Virus record (IMG/VR): IMGVR_UViG_3300025697_002467
DNA from: a virus
Taxonomy: Duplodnaviria; Heunggongvirae; Uroviricota; Caudoviricetes
Reading direction: 5' to 3' (one strand)
Length of the DNA stretch: 50,006 nt
A model generated the notes under the pieces. That model did no database searches. It was not told where the DNA came from and saw nothing but the letters and a program-made list of their open reading frames with translations. Positions 18,977-27,668 of the stretch are shown here, one piece after another (positions within the stretch are counted from its first letter, which is position 1; the number at the start of each line of letters is the position of its first letter). The position numbers and the translations under genes were made by a program.

Positions 18977-19016
18977 TTTCTACCCCAACAACCCACAAAA
19001 AATGAAAACTAAGCCA
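18977..19016 (-). promoter_or_regulatory. repeated motif, copy M8
   Basis: TGGCTTAGTTT-TCATTTT-TTGTGGGTTGTTG-GGGTAGAA. Confidence 0.85.
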
Positions 19017-19020
19017 AAAC

Positions 19021-19695
19021 TTATAGAGTACCTTCGAGACCCATGTCCACAAACTGGAATCCTTGAGCACATTTGACGCAGTTATCATGGGAGAGTAGTG
19101 TGTGTGTTTTAGAATCTCGTCTCATAAATAAAACCCCATCACCACAGATAGGACAATAAACACTATAAGTATCTTCATCTGTAGATGTCATACCCTTGTA
19201 TTTGGTGAAAACTTGGTTGTGATGTTTTTGGGTTTTGTCAGTAATGAAACCAGAAAGGTATTTTTCTTCTCCGAATACAATAGCACCAGGAGCTCGGTGC
19301 AGCACACTCATATGATATACTTCAGGAAGTTCAACCTTCACTGTATTGTTTCCCAGATAGGAATTGAATAATTGTGAAGGATTCCCACTGAATCTCAAAG
19401 GCTTGCTGGGGTCATAAGAGGCAAAATAACAATCTTGATGGTTAGGTCCCCAAATGTGCCAGCCTCCACCAAATTCAGGCAAGAAAACACCAACTCCAAA
19501 ACGAACAGTCCGACCTGTGGCGTCCACAAATCGAAGCTTATAAGGAGCCCCAAATTCCGGCGGGTATGATTCCCAAACACATTCTTCTTCACCAGAATAA
19601 ATGATTTTGGTTATTTTTTCACTACGATTCTCATTGGCAGGTAGCTTAATGGCCAGCCAACGGGCATCAAGTTTTAGAGTTTCAATGGGAGTCAT
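19021..19695 (-). CDS. hypothetical protein with C-terminal zinc ribbon
   Basis: CPICG...CVKC. Confidence 0.75.
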   Translation of the reverse strand: MTPIETLKLDARWLAIKLPANENRSEKITKIIYSGEEECVWESYPPEFGAPYKLRFVDATGRTVRFGVGVFLPEFGGGWHIWGPNHQDCYFASYDPSKPLRFSGNPSQLFNSYLGNNTVKVELPEVYHMSVLHRAPGAIVFGEEKYLSGFITDKTQKHHNQVFTKYKGMTSTDEDTYSVYCPICGDGVLFMRRDSKTHTLLSHDNCVKCAQGFQFVDMGLEGTL

Positions 19696-19999
19696 AAGGA
19701 ATCCTTGGTATAGGGTTTCTCAACGTCTTACCATCCTCTGACAAAGCCAGTATGAGATGGTCTCCACAACAGAACGTGACAATCTGGCCATCATGTTCCC
19801 AATCAATAACGAAAGGAATATCTTTTTTAGTCAAATATGTTAACATTTCTTCTGCCGTTTTGGGGATTTCAGACTCTACCACAGGTATCCCTTTATTGCA
19901 TACTGCACAGGATACAATGACTTCCTCTGGAGATTTCTTAGGGGTGTGTTTGTGCTTATTTCGTTTCTTTTTTGTCATCTTAATCCCATTCAAACCCAC
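19682..19999 (-). CDS. hypothetical protein
   Basis: CAVC...FCC..H; exact start uncertain. Confidence 0.65.
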   Translation of the reverse strand: MGLNGIKMTKKKRNKHKHTPKKSPEEVIVSCAVCNKGIPVVESEIPKTAEEMLTYLTKKDIPFVIDWEHDGQIVTFCCGDHLILALSEDGKTLRNPIPRIPYDSH

Positions 20000-20513
20000 C
20001 GTCCGTTAGGATAGTGGTACCTTCACTTTCAATATTAGCTAAAGGTTCTCTCTCTATACTTCGGATAGGTGGTGCTTTATCATAAGATTTCCTTCTAGGT
20101 ACTGTTTTGCCATCATGTCGTAAGTGTTCTTCAAGGACATCTTGTCTGGCCCAGTATTCGTGACCATCATAAGCTGGAGACACTTGGTATCGTTTATCCA
20201 GTTTGGTAACACTGGAATGTTTCCCATCAACAGTTGTAATGGTACGTTTCAGATCCCCAATGAAATAAGAAGGTTTGGTCTGATAACTGACAAAAACCAA
20301 CCCGTCTGTTCTACCTTCACTTCCAATGATATACCACTGGTTATCTTGAAAAACTCCATGCTCGAAACAACAATGTGCATTATTACGAGGGACAAACCGC
20401 ATCAGATAACCTACATTAGATTCCGAGGGGGCCTCAAACCATAGGTTATCCCCATCAGGGATACCGGCAGTGATGATTGACCCGTCTTGTAGTTTTATTT
20501 TTCGTCTTGACAT
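19980..20513 (-). CDS. hypothetical protein
   Basis: 177-aa ORF in minus-strand run. Confidence 0.7.
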   Translation of the reverse strand: MSRRKIKLQDGSIITAGIPDGDNLWFEAPSESNVGYLMRFVPRNNAHCCFEHGVFQDNQWYIIGSEGRTDGLVFVSYQTKPSYFIGDLKRTITTVDGKHSSVTKLDKRYQVSPAYDGHEYWARQDVLEEHLRHDGKTVPRRKSYDKAPPIRSIEREPLANIESEGTTILTDGGFEWD

Positions 20514-20701
20514 TTAAGGTGTTCTCCTCTTGCATAGAAACCTTTTGGAACTTCAAGAATTACCCAGCCCCTAGAAGATTGCCCTCGACGGGCACATTTC
20601 AGAGCTGCCTCTTTTGATTTATGTTCTCTTTTACAATACTCTTCATCGGTAGGGTTAGAGCACGTCCATCTTACAGTAGCCACAATCAGTCTCCTTTTCA
20701 A
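20495..20701 (-). CDS. small hypothetical protein
   Basis: first gene after motif M9. Confidence 0.55.
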   Translation of the reverse strand: MKRRLIVATVRWTCSNPTDEEYCKREHKSKEAALKCARRGQSSRGWVILEVPKGFYARGEHLKCQDEK

Positions 20702-20714
20702 TTAGGTTACGTCA

Positions 20715-20753
20715 CCTTAGTTCAACAACCCACAAGTTGAATAAACTAAGCCA
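20715..20753 (-). promoter_or_regulatory. repeated motif, copy M9
   Basis: TGGCTTAGTTT-ATTCAAC-TTGTGGGTTGTTG-AACTAAGG, directly after a TGA stop. Confidence 0.8.
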
Positions 20754-21776
20754 TCAAAATAAATCTTTTAAATCCTCAACTCCTGAATCAGGGCGTATCT
20801 GAGTCTTTTTCTTTGGGCTTTTCAGCTCCAACATATCAAATGTTTCGATACTTAAATCAACTCTACCCTTATTTGGATTCCTATCCAACCCGGGGTTTTG
20901 TGGTTCTGCTTCTAACAATTTATCTAAGTCATCAATTCCTGAATCCACATGAACAGTCGGATCTATCTCACGACCCCATCTTTTCCCATTGCTTCCGATG
21001 GAAATAGGGGGTCGGTTTTTGTTGTGTTGTTTCGGATATTTAGGGTAGTTATCCGGTTTCGGATATTTAGGGTAGTTATCCGAAGGGTCATACTTCACTA
21101 TTGGGGGGTCAACTGCATCGAAAATACCAGTGTGTAGTTGAGTCCTCACCCAAGATTGGGTCTCCGCTCCTGAAGTTAATGATGGGTGTAACCACGGCCC
21201 TACAGGTTTATATTCCCTATTGATTGGTCGGAGAGATGTCCGTAAGGGATTAATCTCTAACCATTTGCCTTCGGGTAGGGGGATTCCCAGTCCTGTGGTC
21301 ATATCAGGTACTACTATCCTATTTTCTATAATTTTCCAAGGTTTTTTGGACACAGGGACGGACACATACAGTAAATCAAGACCTGTCTCTTCAAAGGTAC
21401 TTCTTGCCCAAGAACACCACCCAACCATATCCGTCCAAACTTGAGGGTTGAGAGTCATATAACATTTACGTTCCATTAAAGACCCCCTCTCTTCGATAAT
21501 ACAACCAGTTACAACAGGGTGGTAAAGGGATAGGTGTATTTCGAGAGATAAGGTGTGGCTTTGGTCAAGTTGTCCCCGCAGTTCAACCCATTCAACCACT
21601 GAAGTATCTTCAATCTCCTCTATCAACCATTGGTGGATATGAACGAAATCAAATATGTCCTTAGCAAGGTCATAAATTCGTTGGATCAAGCCGGTATTGG
21701 TGAGATTGTCCGTAAAAAGCCTTAAGCTTCTGTGTTTAAGAATTTCCCCTGCTACTGAGTAATTTGAATTATCCAT
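20754..21776 (-). CDS. hypothetical protein with low-complexity C-terminus
   Basis: start re-called at MDNSNY with GGAGG RBS. Confidence 0.75.
   Translation of the reverse strand: MDNSNYSVAGEILKHRSLRLFTDNLTNTGLIQRIYDLAKDIFDFVHIHQWLIEEIEDTSVVEWVELRGQLDQSHTLSLEIHLSLYHPVVTGCIIEERGSLMERKCYMTLNPQVWTDMVGWCSWARSTFEETGLDLLYVSVPVSKKPWKIIENRIVVPDMTTGLGIPLPEGKWLEINPLRTSLRPINREYKPVGPWLHPSLTSGAETQSWVRTQLHTGIFDAVDPPIVKYDPSDNYPKYPKPDNYPKYPKQHNKNRPPISIGSNGKRWGREIDPTVHVDSGIDDLDKLLEAEPQNPGLDRNPNKGRVDLSIETFDMLELKSPKKKTQIRPDSGVEDLKDLF
21029..21082. repeat. exact 27-bp in-frame tandem duplication
   Basis: GTTTCGGATATTTAGGGTAGTTATCCG x2, giving DNYPKYPKP twice. Confidence 0.95.
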
Positions 21777-21777
21777 T

Positions 21778-21996
21778 TTAATCCTCCGATTTAGGAGCCT
21801 CATCAGGGACTGCTACAGCATAGAGTCCGCCGTCTTTGGGGTTCTGAGGCCCCATACCTTCTTGACAACGGCCTTCATTATAATCCTTAGCTAGTTGGGT
21901 TGCCTCTTCCAAGGTTGCCCCACCTTTACCAAGCATCTGACCGGTTTCTCGGTACCCGTCGAGGCGGTATCGTAAAATAATCGTTCTGTAAGTCAT
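21778..21996 (-). CDS. hypothetical protein
   Basis: 72 aa with AGGTG RBS. Confidence 0.65.
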   Translation of the reverse strand: MTYRTIILRYRLDGYRETGQMLGKGGATLEEATQLAKDYNEGRCQEGMGPQNPKDGGLYAVAVPDEAPKSED

Positions 21997-22018
21997 TTTG
22001 CACCTTTCATTAAATTTT

Positions 22019-22609
22019 TTAGCCCCACGTCAAAGGAGGGCTTAATTCTCCTATTCCGACTAACCCTCCCTGTTGGAGAGCCCGATCAATATTTTCTTTG
22101 TTCCTTCGGTCATACCAAGTCCGAGCATTGTTGATCCAACTAAAGAAGTCAATCCATGATTCATTTCTGATAACCCTTCGATTAACAGACCCTACAACAC
22201 CCAACTGGATATCAGAGTTTTCAATAACTATCATAACAGAAGTAGCTTTCTCTCCCATAACTAACCGAATTGAAATGGCAGGATCAATCCGCAAAGCTAT
22301 TGTCCCAAATCCTTTATCGGTTAATGAAGTCAGTCTCCAATTATCACTGGACACTTCTGGAAAAATAGCCCTGAGCAATGCAACTACACGAACGAAAAGC
22401 TGAGAAGAATCCATAAAACAAGGGTTTATAAGGCTTAACCATTCTCTAGTCATCACCATTGGTATATCATAATTTTTGGAAGCAAATTCATCATAAGCTT
22501 CCGAACACCCAAGGCACAAATCAAATTCATGACACCCTGGAAATTCTGTCGTTCTACGCACAGCTGCAAGAACCGACTCACAGTTGTCACACAATATTCC
22601 ATCTTCCAT
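22019..22609 (-). CDS. hypothetical protein with N-terminal zinc ribbon
   Basis: CDNC...CLGC; GGAGG RBS. Confidence 0.75.
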   Translation of the reverse strand: MEDGILCDNCESVLAAVRRTTEFPGCHEFDLCLGCSEAYDEFASKNYDIPMVMTREWLSLINPCFMDSSQLFVRVVALLRAIFPEVSSDNWRLTSLTDKGFGTIALRIDPAISIRLVMGEKATSVMIVIENSDIQLGVVGSVNRRVIRNESWIDFFSWINNARTWYDRRNKENIDRALQQGGLVGIGELSPPLTWG

Positions 22610-22655
22610 TTAAAAAACCTCCACACCTTTTACCCTAAAACGGTATAGTATCCCC

Positions 22656-23249
22656 ATGACTATTAAAAGACACCACAACTTGTCTCTGAAACTTCTCGTC
22701 GGGAGATCTTTATCCGATGGATCTCCTTGGTCTGCATCAGAGGAACGGAAACTAATCCTTAAAGAACGAGAATTATGGGATACTCTCTCAGAATCCGAAC
22801 GGTTAGAAGAACAAACTTTCCTAGCAGGCTTATGGAGTAGTTCCGAAAACAGGAACATCCTAATCCAACCTGAATGGGGCTTCGATGCCACAGGGGAAAT
22901 CCGAATAACTGATTCAGCTTTTGGTATCCCACGCCAGAGTTACCGGCCATACCCTAAAGGGTTGCCTCTTGACGAATACCCAATGTTTGTGGGTGTTGTC
23001 CAGTGGCTTTGGGGTAGAGGATTTCAAGTCATTGATATCACCAATGATATTATTGCCGTTGCCGTTCCTGGAGCTAGGGCAATACCCGAAGTCGAGCGTC
23101 TTTATAAGTTATTGGTTCAGTTTTTTGCTAACCTCCGTATCACCCCTCATGGTTCAGATGAGGGGGTTCAAATTAGAGCACTTTATGATCCTGTCAGTGG
23201 CCAAGCGTCCCTTGAAATTTCGGGACTCAGTGACGACCTGCTGACTTAA
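22656..23249 (+). CDS. hypothetical protein, lone plus-strand gene in the left arm
   Basis: 197 aa; TATAGT 6 nt upstream of ATG; stop overlaps the convergent stop of 23246..23626. Confidence 0.6.
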   Translation: MTIKRHHNLSLKLLVGRSLSDGSPWSASEERKLILKERELWDTLSESERLEEQTFLAGLWSSSENRNILIQPEWGFDATGEIRITDSAFGIPRQSYRPYPKGLPLDEYPMFVGVVQWLWGRGFQVIDITNDIIAVAVPGARAIPEVERLYKLLVQFFANLRITPHGSDEGVQIRALYDPVSGQASLEISGLSDDLLT

Positions 23250-23626
23250 TACTGTTGAGCATCGTGGATGTCTGTACAAGGCATCCCACCGAGGATACGG
23301 TATTTGTAAGGGAACACTTGGCCAGAAGTGCGTTTCAGGGCTTCAAGGAATGTATCCGCACTCTGTTCGACCATATCACCTTCAAGAGTGAGAACCATCA
23401 TACCACCCAATTCTCCAGCACTCTGTTCGTCAATGCAAAAGAAAGCATTGTGTTCAGTGCCATCAGCAAAACGGACATTACCTGAATGCAGAGCATAACC
23501 ACCACCAATGTCACTACGGCCAGCTTTACCAGCTACAAACTTACTGGTAGTTTTACCGTCTTTAATAGTGCAGATGGTTCCTTTGGTTTTGGTTTTTGTT
23601 CCATATTGTTTAGGACGACGTGCCAT
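23246..23626 (-). CDS. hypothetical protein
   Basis: first gene after motif M10; GGAG RBS. Confidence 0.75.
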   Translation of the reverse strand: MARRPKQYGTKTKTKGTICTIKDGKTTSKFVAGKAGRSDIGGGYALHSGNVRFADGTEHNAFFCIDEQSAGELGGMMVLTLEGDMVEQSADTFLEALKRTSGQVFPYKYRILGGMPCTDIHDAQQY

Positions 23627-23657
23627 TTTGATTCTCCAGTTCGGTTAAGTTTTCATC

Positions 23658-23697
23658 TTCTTACTTCAACAACCCACAAGAAATGAAAACTAAGCCA
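23658..23697 (-). promoter_or_regulatory. repeated motif, copy M10 (left member of divergent pair)
   Basis: TGGCTTAGTTT-TCATTTC-TTGTGGGTTGTTG-AAGTAAGAA. Confidence 0.85.
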
Positions 23698-23708
23698 AAT
23701 CTGTTTCA

Positions 23709-23750
23709 CGGCTTAGTTTCAAGAAATTCTGGGTTGTTGGGGTATAAGAG
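23709..23750 (+). promoter_or_regulatory. repeated motif, copy P1 (right member of divergent pair)
   Basis: CGGCTTAGTTT-CAAGAAA-TTCTGGGTTGTTG-GGGTATAAGAG. Confidence 0.8.
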
Positions 23751-23785
23751 AGGTACTTTAACTTAAACATACTAAGGAAACTATT

Positions 23786-24301
23786 ATGAAAAACAAAGAA
23801 GTTGAGACCCTTGTCAAGTTGTTAACCGAAAAAGGTTGGCATATCGTAACAATGGAGTCCTGTACAGGCGGTGCATTGGCCAATGCTATTACTAATGTTC
23901 CAGGTGCAAGTGCTGTCATCAAGGACTCTTTCATTACTTATTCTAATGAAGCCAAGATCAAATTGGGTGTTCCAGCAGAATTGATTGATAAATATACGGT
24001 CTATAGCCTTCCAGTTGCTGAAGCTATGGCTAAACAAGCTATAGCAAATTCAGTAACCGACCATCAGAAAATCGTAGGTGTTGGGATCACTGGTTCTCTC
24101 ACCCGAGAAGACCCGAACAACCCTAACTCAGAACCAGGTAAGGTTTATATTGCTATTTGTGTTTCGGGGAGTGCCAAAGGGAATGTTAATTTTTCCTATG
24201 GGATTATTGTCAATGGAGACGACAGGGAAAAAGGTAAGGAAGAAGTGCTGGAAGTTTTTCTTAAACTGACTTTGGATAGTGTTTGGATGAAATTATTATA
24301 A
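23786..24301 (+). CDS. pncC: CinA C-terminal domain / NMN deamidase (PncC-like)
   Basis: IVTMESCTGG.LA.AIT.VPGAS....FITYSNEAKIKLGV...VAEAMA...VGITG. Confidence 0.9.
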   Translation: MKNKEVETLVKLLTEKGWHIVTMESCTGGALANAITNVPGASAVIKDSFITYSNEAKIKLGVPAELIDKYTVYSLPVAEAMAKQAIANSVTDHQKIVGVGITGSLTREDPNNPNSEPGKVYIAICVSGSAKGNVNFSYGIIVNGDDREKGKEEVLEVFLKLTLDSVWMKLL

Positions 24302-24312
24302 AGGAGTGCCTG

Positions 24313-24831
24313 ATGGAAGAAATCATCTGTCAAAGATGTCAAACCTCTTTTAAATACAAATCCCTCGGTGGAAGAAAACGAAAGTTATGTCCGACATGTA
24401 TTAAGGAGAAACTAAACAAAGAACGGATATGTTGTATTTGTGGTGGAACATATTTAACAAAGGAACGGCTGTCTGATAAAAGATACCCTTTGACCACCTG
24501 TTCAGAATCGTGTGAACAGATACAACAAGAAAACAAAAAAATCAAAGATCAAGAGTACAATAAGAAGTGGTGGCGTGAAACGTATTACCCGAAAAACAAG
24601 GCTGCTATTGACAAAAAAAACAGTGATTGGGCTAAAAATAATAAAGACCGTGTTAATGAATTGGTCAGGTTAAGAAAAGCTGATAAATTAGTGATGGAAA
24701 CTCGGATTTGTAGCCATTGTGAGAAAGAATTTCAGGTTAATGAAAAAAATACGATAAAGAAATACTGTCAAATGAAATGTATGATTGCAGCAAGAAACAA
24801 ACGCTACTACAGAAAAAACAAGGAGATTTGA
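24313..24831 (+). CDS. multi-zinc-finger basic protein (AT-rich gene)
   Basis: repeated CxxC...CxxxC units; no HNH motif seen. Confidence 0.7.
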   Translation: MEEIICQRCQTSFKYKSLGGRKRKLCPTCIKEKLNKERICCICGGTYLTKERLSDKRYPLTTCSESCEQIQQENKKIKDQEYNKKWWRETYYPKNKAAIDKKNSDWAKNNKDRVNELVRLRKADKLVMETRICSHCEKEFQVNEKNTIKKYCQMKCMIAARNKRYYRKNKEI

Positions 24832-25296
24832 ATGGCTACGAGAAGCTGGAAAAGAGATGCTACTTTTATAAGAGTGTTTGGTGAGGGTGATTATGCAGAG
24901 AAAGCCTATGAATACCTTTACAAGGGACTTGTTAAAGTAGAGATCAGGGTGCCAAAAAAAGGAAGGAATTCTTATAGAGTTTATTTGGGTTGTAACAGTA
25001 CCACTTTTACATCCTGGAAAGAGGTTGTCTCAATATTACCCAAGGAATATAAAAAAGCTCTTTTGCAGATTGAAAGGACCAAGGAATATAAAAAACAAAA
25101 GCTGAAACAGATAAGGCTTCACCGGTTTAAAAAACGAGTCTATTCTAAAATAATAACCAAACAGTCTTTAGAGGGTTTATCCCAAAGAGAAACTACCCTT
25201 ATATTAAAAGATTTGGCAGCTTATAAAGAACAATTAGCTTGGAATCAGATCAATAGTGGGTACAACCCTAAAGTTGGAAACATGATTTTCGGATGA
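24832..25296 (+). CDS. basic hypothetical protein
   Basis: 154 aa directly following previous stop. Confidence 0.65.
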   Translation: MATRSWKRDATFIRVFGEGDYAEKAYEYLYKGLVKVEIRVPKKGRNSYRVYLGCNSTTFTSWKEVVSILPKEYKKALLQIERTKEYKKQKLKQIRLHRFKKRVYSKIITKQSLEGLSQRETTLILKDLAAYKEQLAWNQINSGYNPKVGNMIFG

Positions 25297-25303
25297 GGGG
25301 TTC

Positions 25304-25343
25304 TGGCTTAGTTTCTCTTTTTTGTGGGTTGTTGAAGTAAGAA
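25304..25343 (+). promoter_or_regulatory. repeated motif, copy P2
   Basis: TGGCTTAGTTT-CTCTTTT-TTGTGGGTTGTTG-AAGTAAGAA. Confidence 0.85.
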
Positions 25344-25356
25344 AAGGAGAACAGTC

Positions 25357-25548
25357 ATGAAAATGATTACCTTGATTTCAGTAGCAGATAAAAATAAAGC
25401 ACTTCGGGTACTTAAAGATACCATAGGTGTGACTACTCAGTATAGTAAATTTATCCTTCAAAGTCTCCCCAGATACAATGCTTATGTGGATGAAAAAACA
25501 TTGAGGGTTTTTGATAAAAACAATATCTATTACAAGATGATGGCTTAG
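25357..25548 (+). CDS. small hypothetical protein between two motif copies
   Basis: AGGAG RBS; ends ATG GCT TAG inside motif P3. Confidence 0.7.
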   Translation: MKMITLISVADKNKALRVLKDTIGVTTQYSKFILQSLPRYNAYVDEKTLRVFDKNNIYYKMMA

Positions 25549-25580
25549 TTTTGAAAAGTTGTGGGTTGTTGTAGTAAGAA
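25541..25580 (+). promoter_or_regulatory. repeated motif, copy P3
   Basis: TGGCTTAGTTT-TGAAAAG-TTGTGGGTTGTTG-TAGTAAGAA. Confidence 0.85.
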
Positions 25581-25606
25581 ACAACTGATAATTCAGGAGA
25601 AAAACA

Positions 25607-27559
25607 ATGAACACTACACAAATTGACCAATTAGCACTAAGAGTACGGGCTGCAAAAAATGCATATTACAATGGTAACCCTGTAATGTCCGATGCAGAAT
25701 ACGACACTCTGGAAGACGAACTCAGAAAAGCTGACTCGAATCACCCCGTCCTGAAAATGGTCGGTATGGCTCCAACAGGCGGTTCTTGGCCTAAAGCCAA
25801 ACACGAAATACCAATGGGTTCGTTGAACAAAGCTCAGGTCAAGGCTGAAGTTGAAAAATGGATCAAAGGGGCTGCTACGGCTGGTGAAATTGCAGTTATG
25901 GATAAACTTGATGGAGCTTCCATTGAGTTAACATACGAAAAACGTCATCTGGTTCGTGGTGCTACTCGTGGTGATGGTGATATCGGTCAGAACATAACCC
26001 GAAACATTCTGCTTATGCAGGGTGCTGTCAAGGTTTTGCCTTCTACCATTAACGGTCAACCAACCCCTGACAAAGTATATGTCCGTGGTGAAGTTATCGT
26101 ATCCAAATCCCTGTTTGCCAAATTCTTCAAAGGGGAGTCAAACCCTCGTAACACTGCAAACGGAACAATGACCCGTCAAACCAACCATGACAAATGTAAA
26201 CATCTGTCCATCATTGCTTATCAGTATATGCCTGAAGGTTATGGTATGGACACCAAAAAGGCCGAACTGACTACCTTGAAGGACATCGGTTTTATCACTC
26301 CCAGATGGTCAATCGTAAGCTCTCTGGCCGAAATCGAAGCTGTCTATCAGGATTACATTAACAGTATCCGTGACGGCCTTGATTACTTGATTGATGGTCT
26401 GGTTCTTGAAGTGAACAACAGAGACAAGAGAAATGACCTTGGTGACCTGAATGGTCGTCCTAAAGGTGCTATTGCTTACAAGTTCCCTCATGAGTCCAAG
26501 CCGACCCACCTGAAAGCTATCCGCTGGCAGGTTGGTAACTCTGGCCGAATCACACCGGTTGCTGAGTTTGATACCGTAAATCTGGCAGGAGCTAACATTT
26601 CTCAGGCTTCGTTGCATAACCTCAGTAACATTGCTGAAATGGTGAACGAAGTCAGACCTGGATGGAAAGAACTCTGTATTGATGATTCAATTTTGGTGAG
26701 TCGTAGAAATGACGTAATTCCCTACGTGGAGTCATTACTCTCCAGTGGTGATACGGCAGTACGTTTTAATATCCCGAAAAAATGCCCCGTATGTGGTGAA
26801 AAACTCAGCATGAATGGTGAGTACCTTGTCTGTACGAATTCAGATGAATGTGAAGCTCAGATTATCGGAATGCTGAAACGCTGGGTAACCAAACTGGATA
26901 TCAAACATATGGGTGAAGCTCTCTTGACAATGCTGATTGAAGACGGCCACATTGAAGACATTGCTGACCTCTACAGAGTTGACCCTATCAAGGTTTCAGT
27001 TATGACAATGAATGGCCGTATGGTTGGTGGAAGTGCCGACCGTGGCTTCCAGAACCTTCGTGCTAAAAAATCTATCCCTGTCGACCTCTTGGTAGGTTCC
27101 CTTGGAATCCCAATGATCGGTCGTAGTATGGCAAGAAAAATTAGTGATGCCGGATATGATACTCTCTCTAAAATGTATAAGGCTCAGATCGTTGATATTG
27201 CTCAAATCCCAGGTGTTGGCCAGACCAAAGCAGAATATTTCGTTCGTGGGTTTAGCAAAAGAATCGGTTTGATTGCCAAATTGATCCAACACCCCGACGA
27301 TGGTGGTGCTGGTATCACCATTAAGGTCACTAAGGGGCCACTGAAGGGCAAAACTTTCTGTATGACAGGCTTCCGTGACAGTGCCTTGGTGGATGCCATT
27401 GAAGGCTCAGGTGGGACGGTGAAATCTGGTGTCAGCAAAACTCTGGATTATTTGGTTGTTCAAGACGTAACCTCAACCAGTGGCAAAGCCAAGAAAGCTG
27501 CCAAGTACGGAACTGCTATCATCAGTATTGATGAAGCCAAAAAAATGGCTGGTATCTAA
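25607..27559 (+). CDS. ligA: NAD-dependent DNA ligase
   Basis: domain Ia YYNG.PVMSDAEYD; motif I KLDG; ATRGDG.G; RGE; DGLV; AIAYKF; WQVG.SG.ITPVA; C4 zinc finger; HhH; C-terminal BRCT (GKTFCMTG). Confidence 0.97.
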   Translation: MNTTQIDQLALRVRAAKNAYYNGNPVMSDAEYDTLEDELRKADSNHPVLKMVGMAPTGGSWPKAKHEIPMGSLNKAQVKAEVEKWIKGAATAGEIAVMDKLDGASIELTYEKRHLVRGATRGDGDIGQNITRNILLMQGAVKVLPSTINGQPTPDKVYVRGEVIVSKSLFAKFFKGESNPRNTANGTMTRQTNHDKCKHLSIIAYQYMPEGYGMDTKKAELTTLKDIGFITPRWSIVSSLAEIEAVYQDYINSIRDGLDYLIDGLVLEVNNRDKRNDLGDLNGRPKGAIAYKFPHESKPTHLKAIRWQVGNSGRITPVAEFDTVNLAGANISQASLHNLSNIAEMVNEVRPGWKELCIDDSILVSRRNDVIPYVESLLSSGDTAVRFNIPKKCPVCGEKLSMNGEYLVCTNSDECEAQIIGMLKRWVTKLDIKHMGEALLTMLIEDGHIEDIADLYRVDPIKVSVMTMNGRMVGGSADRGFQNLRAKKSIPVDLLVGSLGIPMIGRSMARKISDAGYDTLSKMYKAQIVDIAQIPGVGQTKAEYFVRGFSKRIGLIAKLIQHPDDGGAGITIKVTKGPLKGKTFCMTGFRDSALVDAIEGSGGTVKSGVSKTLDYLVVQDVTSTSGKAKKAAKYGTAIISIDEAKKMAGI

Positions 27560-27571
27560 AAATAAATTTAA

Positions 27572-27612
27572 CGGCTTAGTTTTGAAAAGTTGTGGGTTGT
27601 TGTAGTGTAGAA
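27572..27612 (+). promoter_or_regulatory. repeated motif, copy P4
   Basis: CGGCTTAGTTT-TGAAAAG-TTGTGGGTTGTTG-TAGTGTAGAA. Confidence 0.85.
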
Positions 27613-27668
27613 AGACAATAATGTTTTATAAATTTAACTTCTTTAATTTCTTTAAAAGGAAAAAAACA

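Noticed and set aside
24313-25296. Homing endonuclease
   Set aside because: Zinc-finger repeats resemble HNH-associated domains, but no HNH or GIY-YIG catalytic motif was found.
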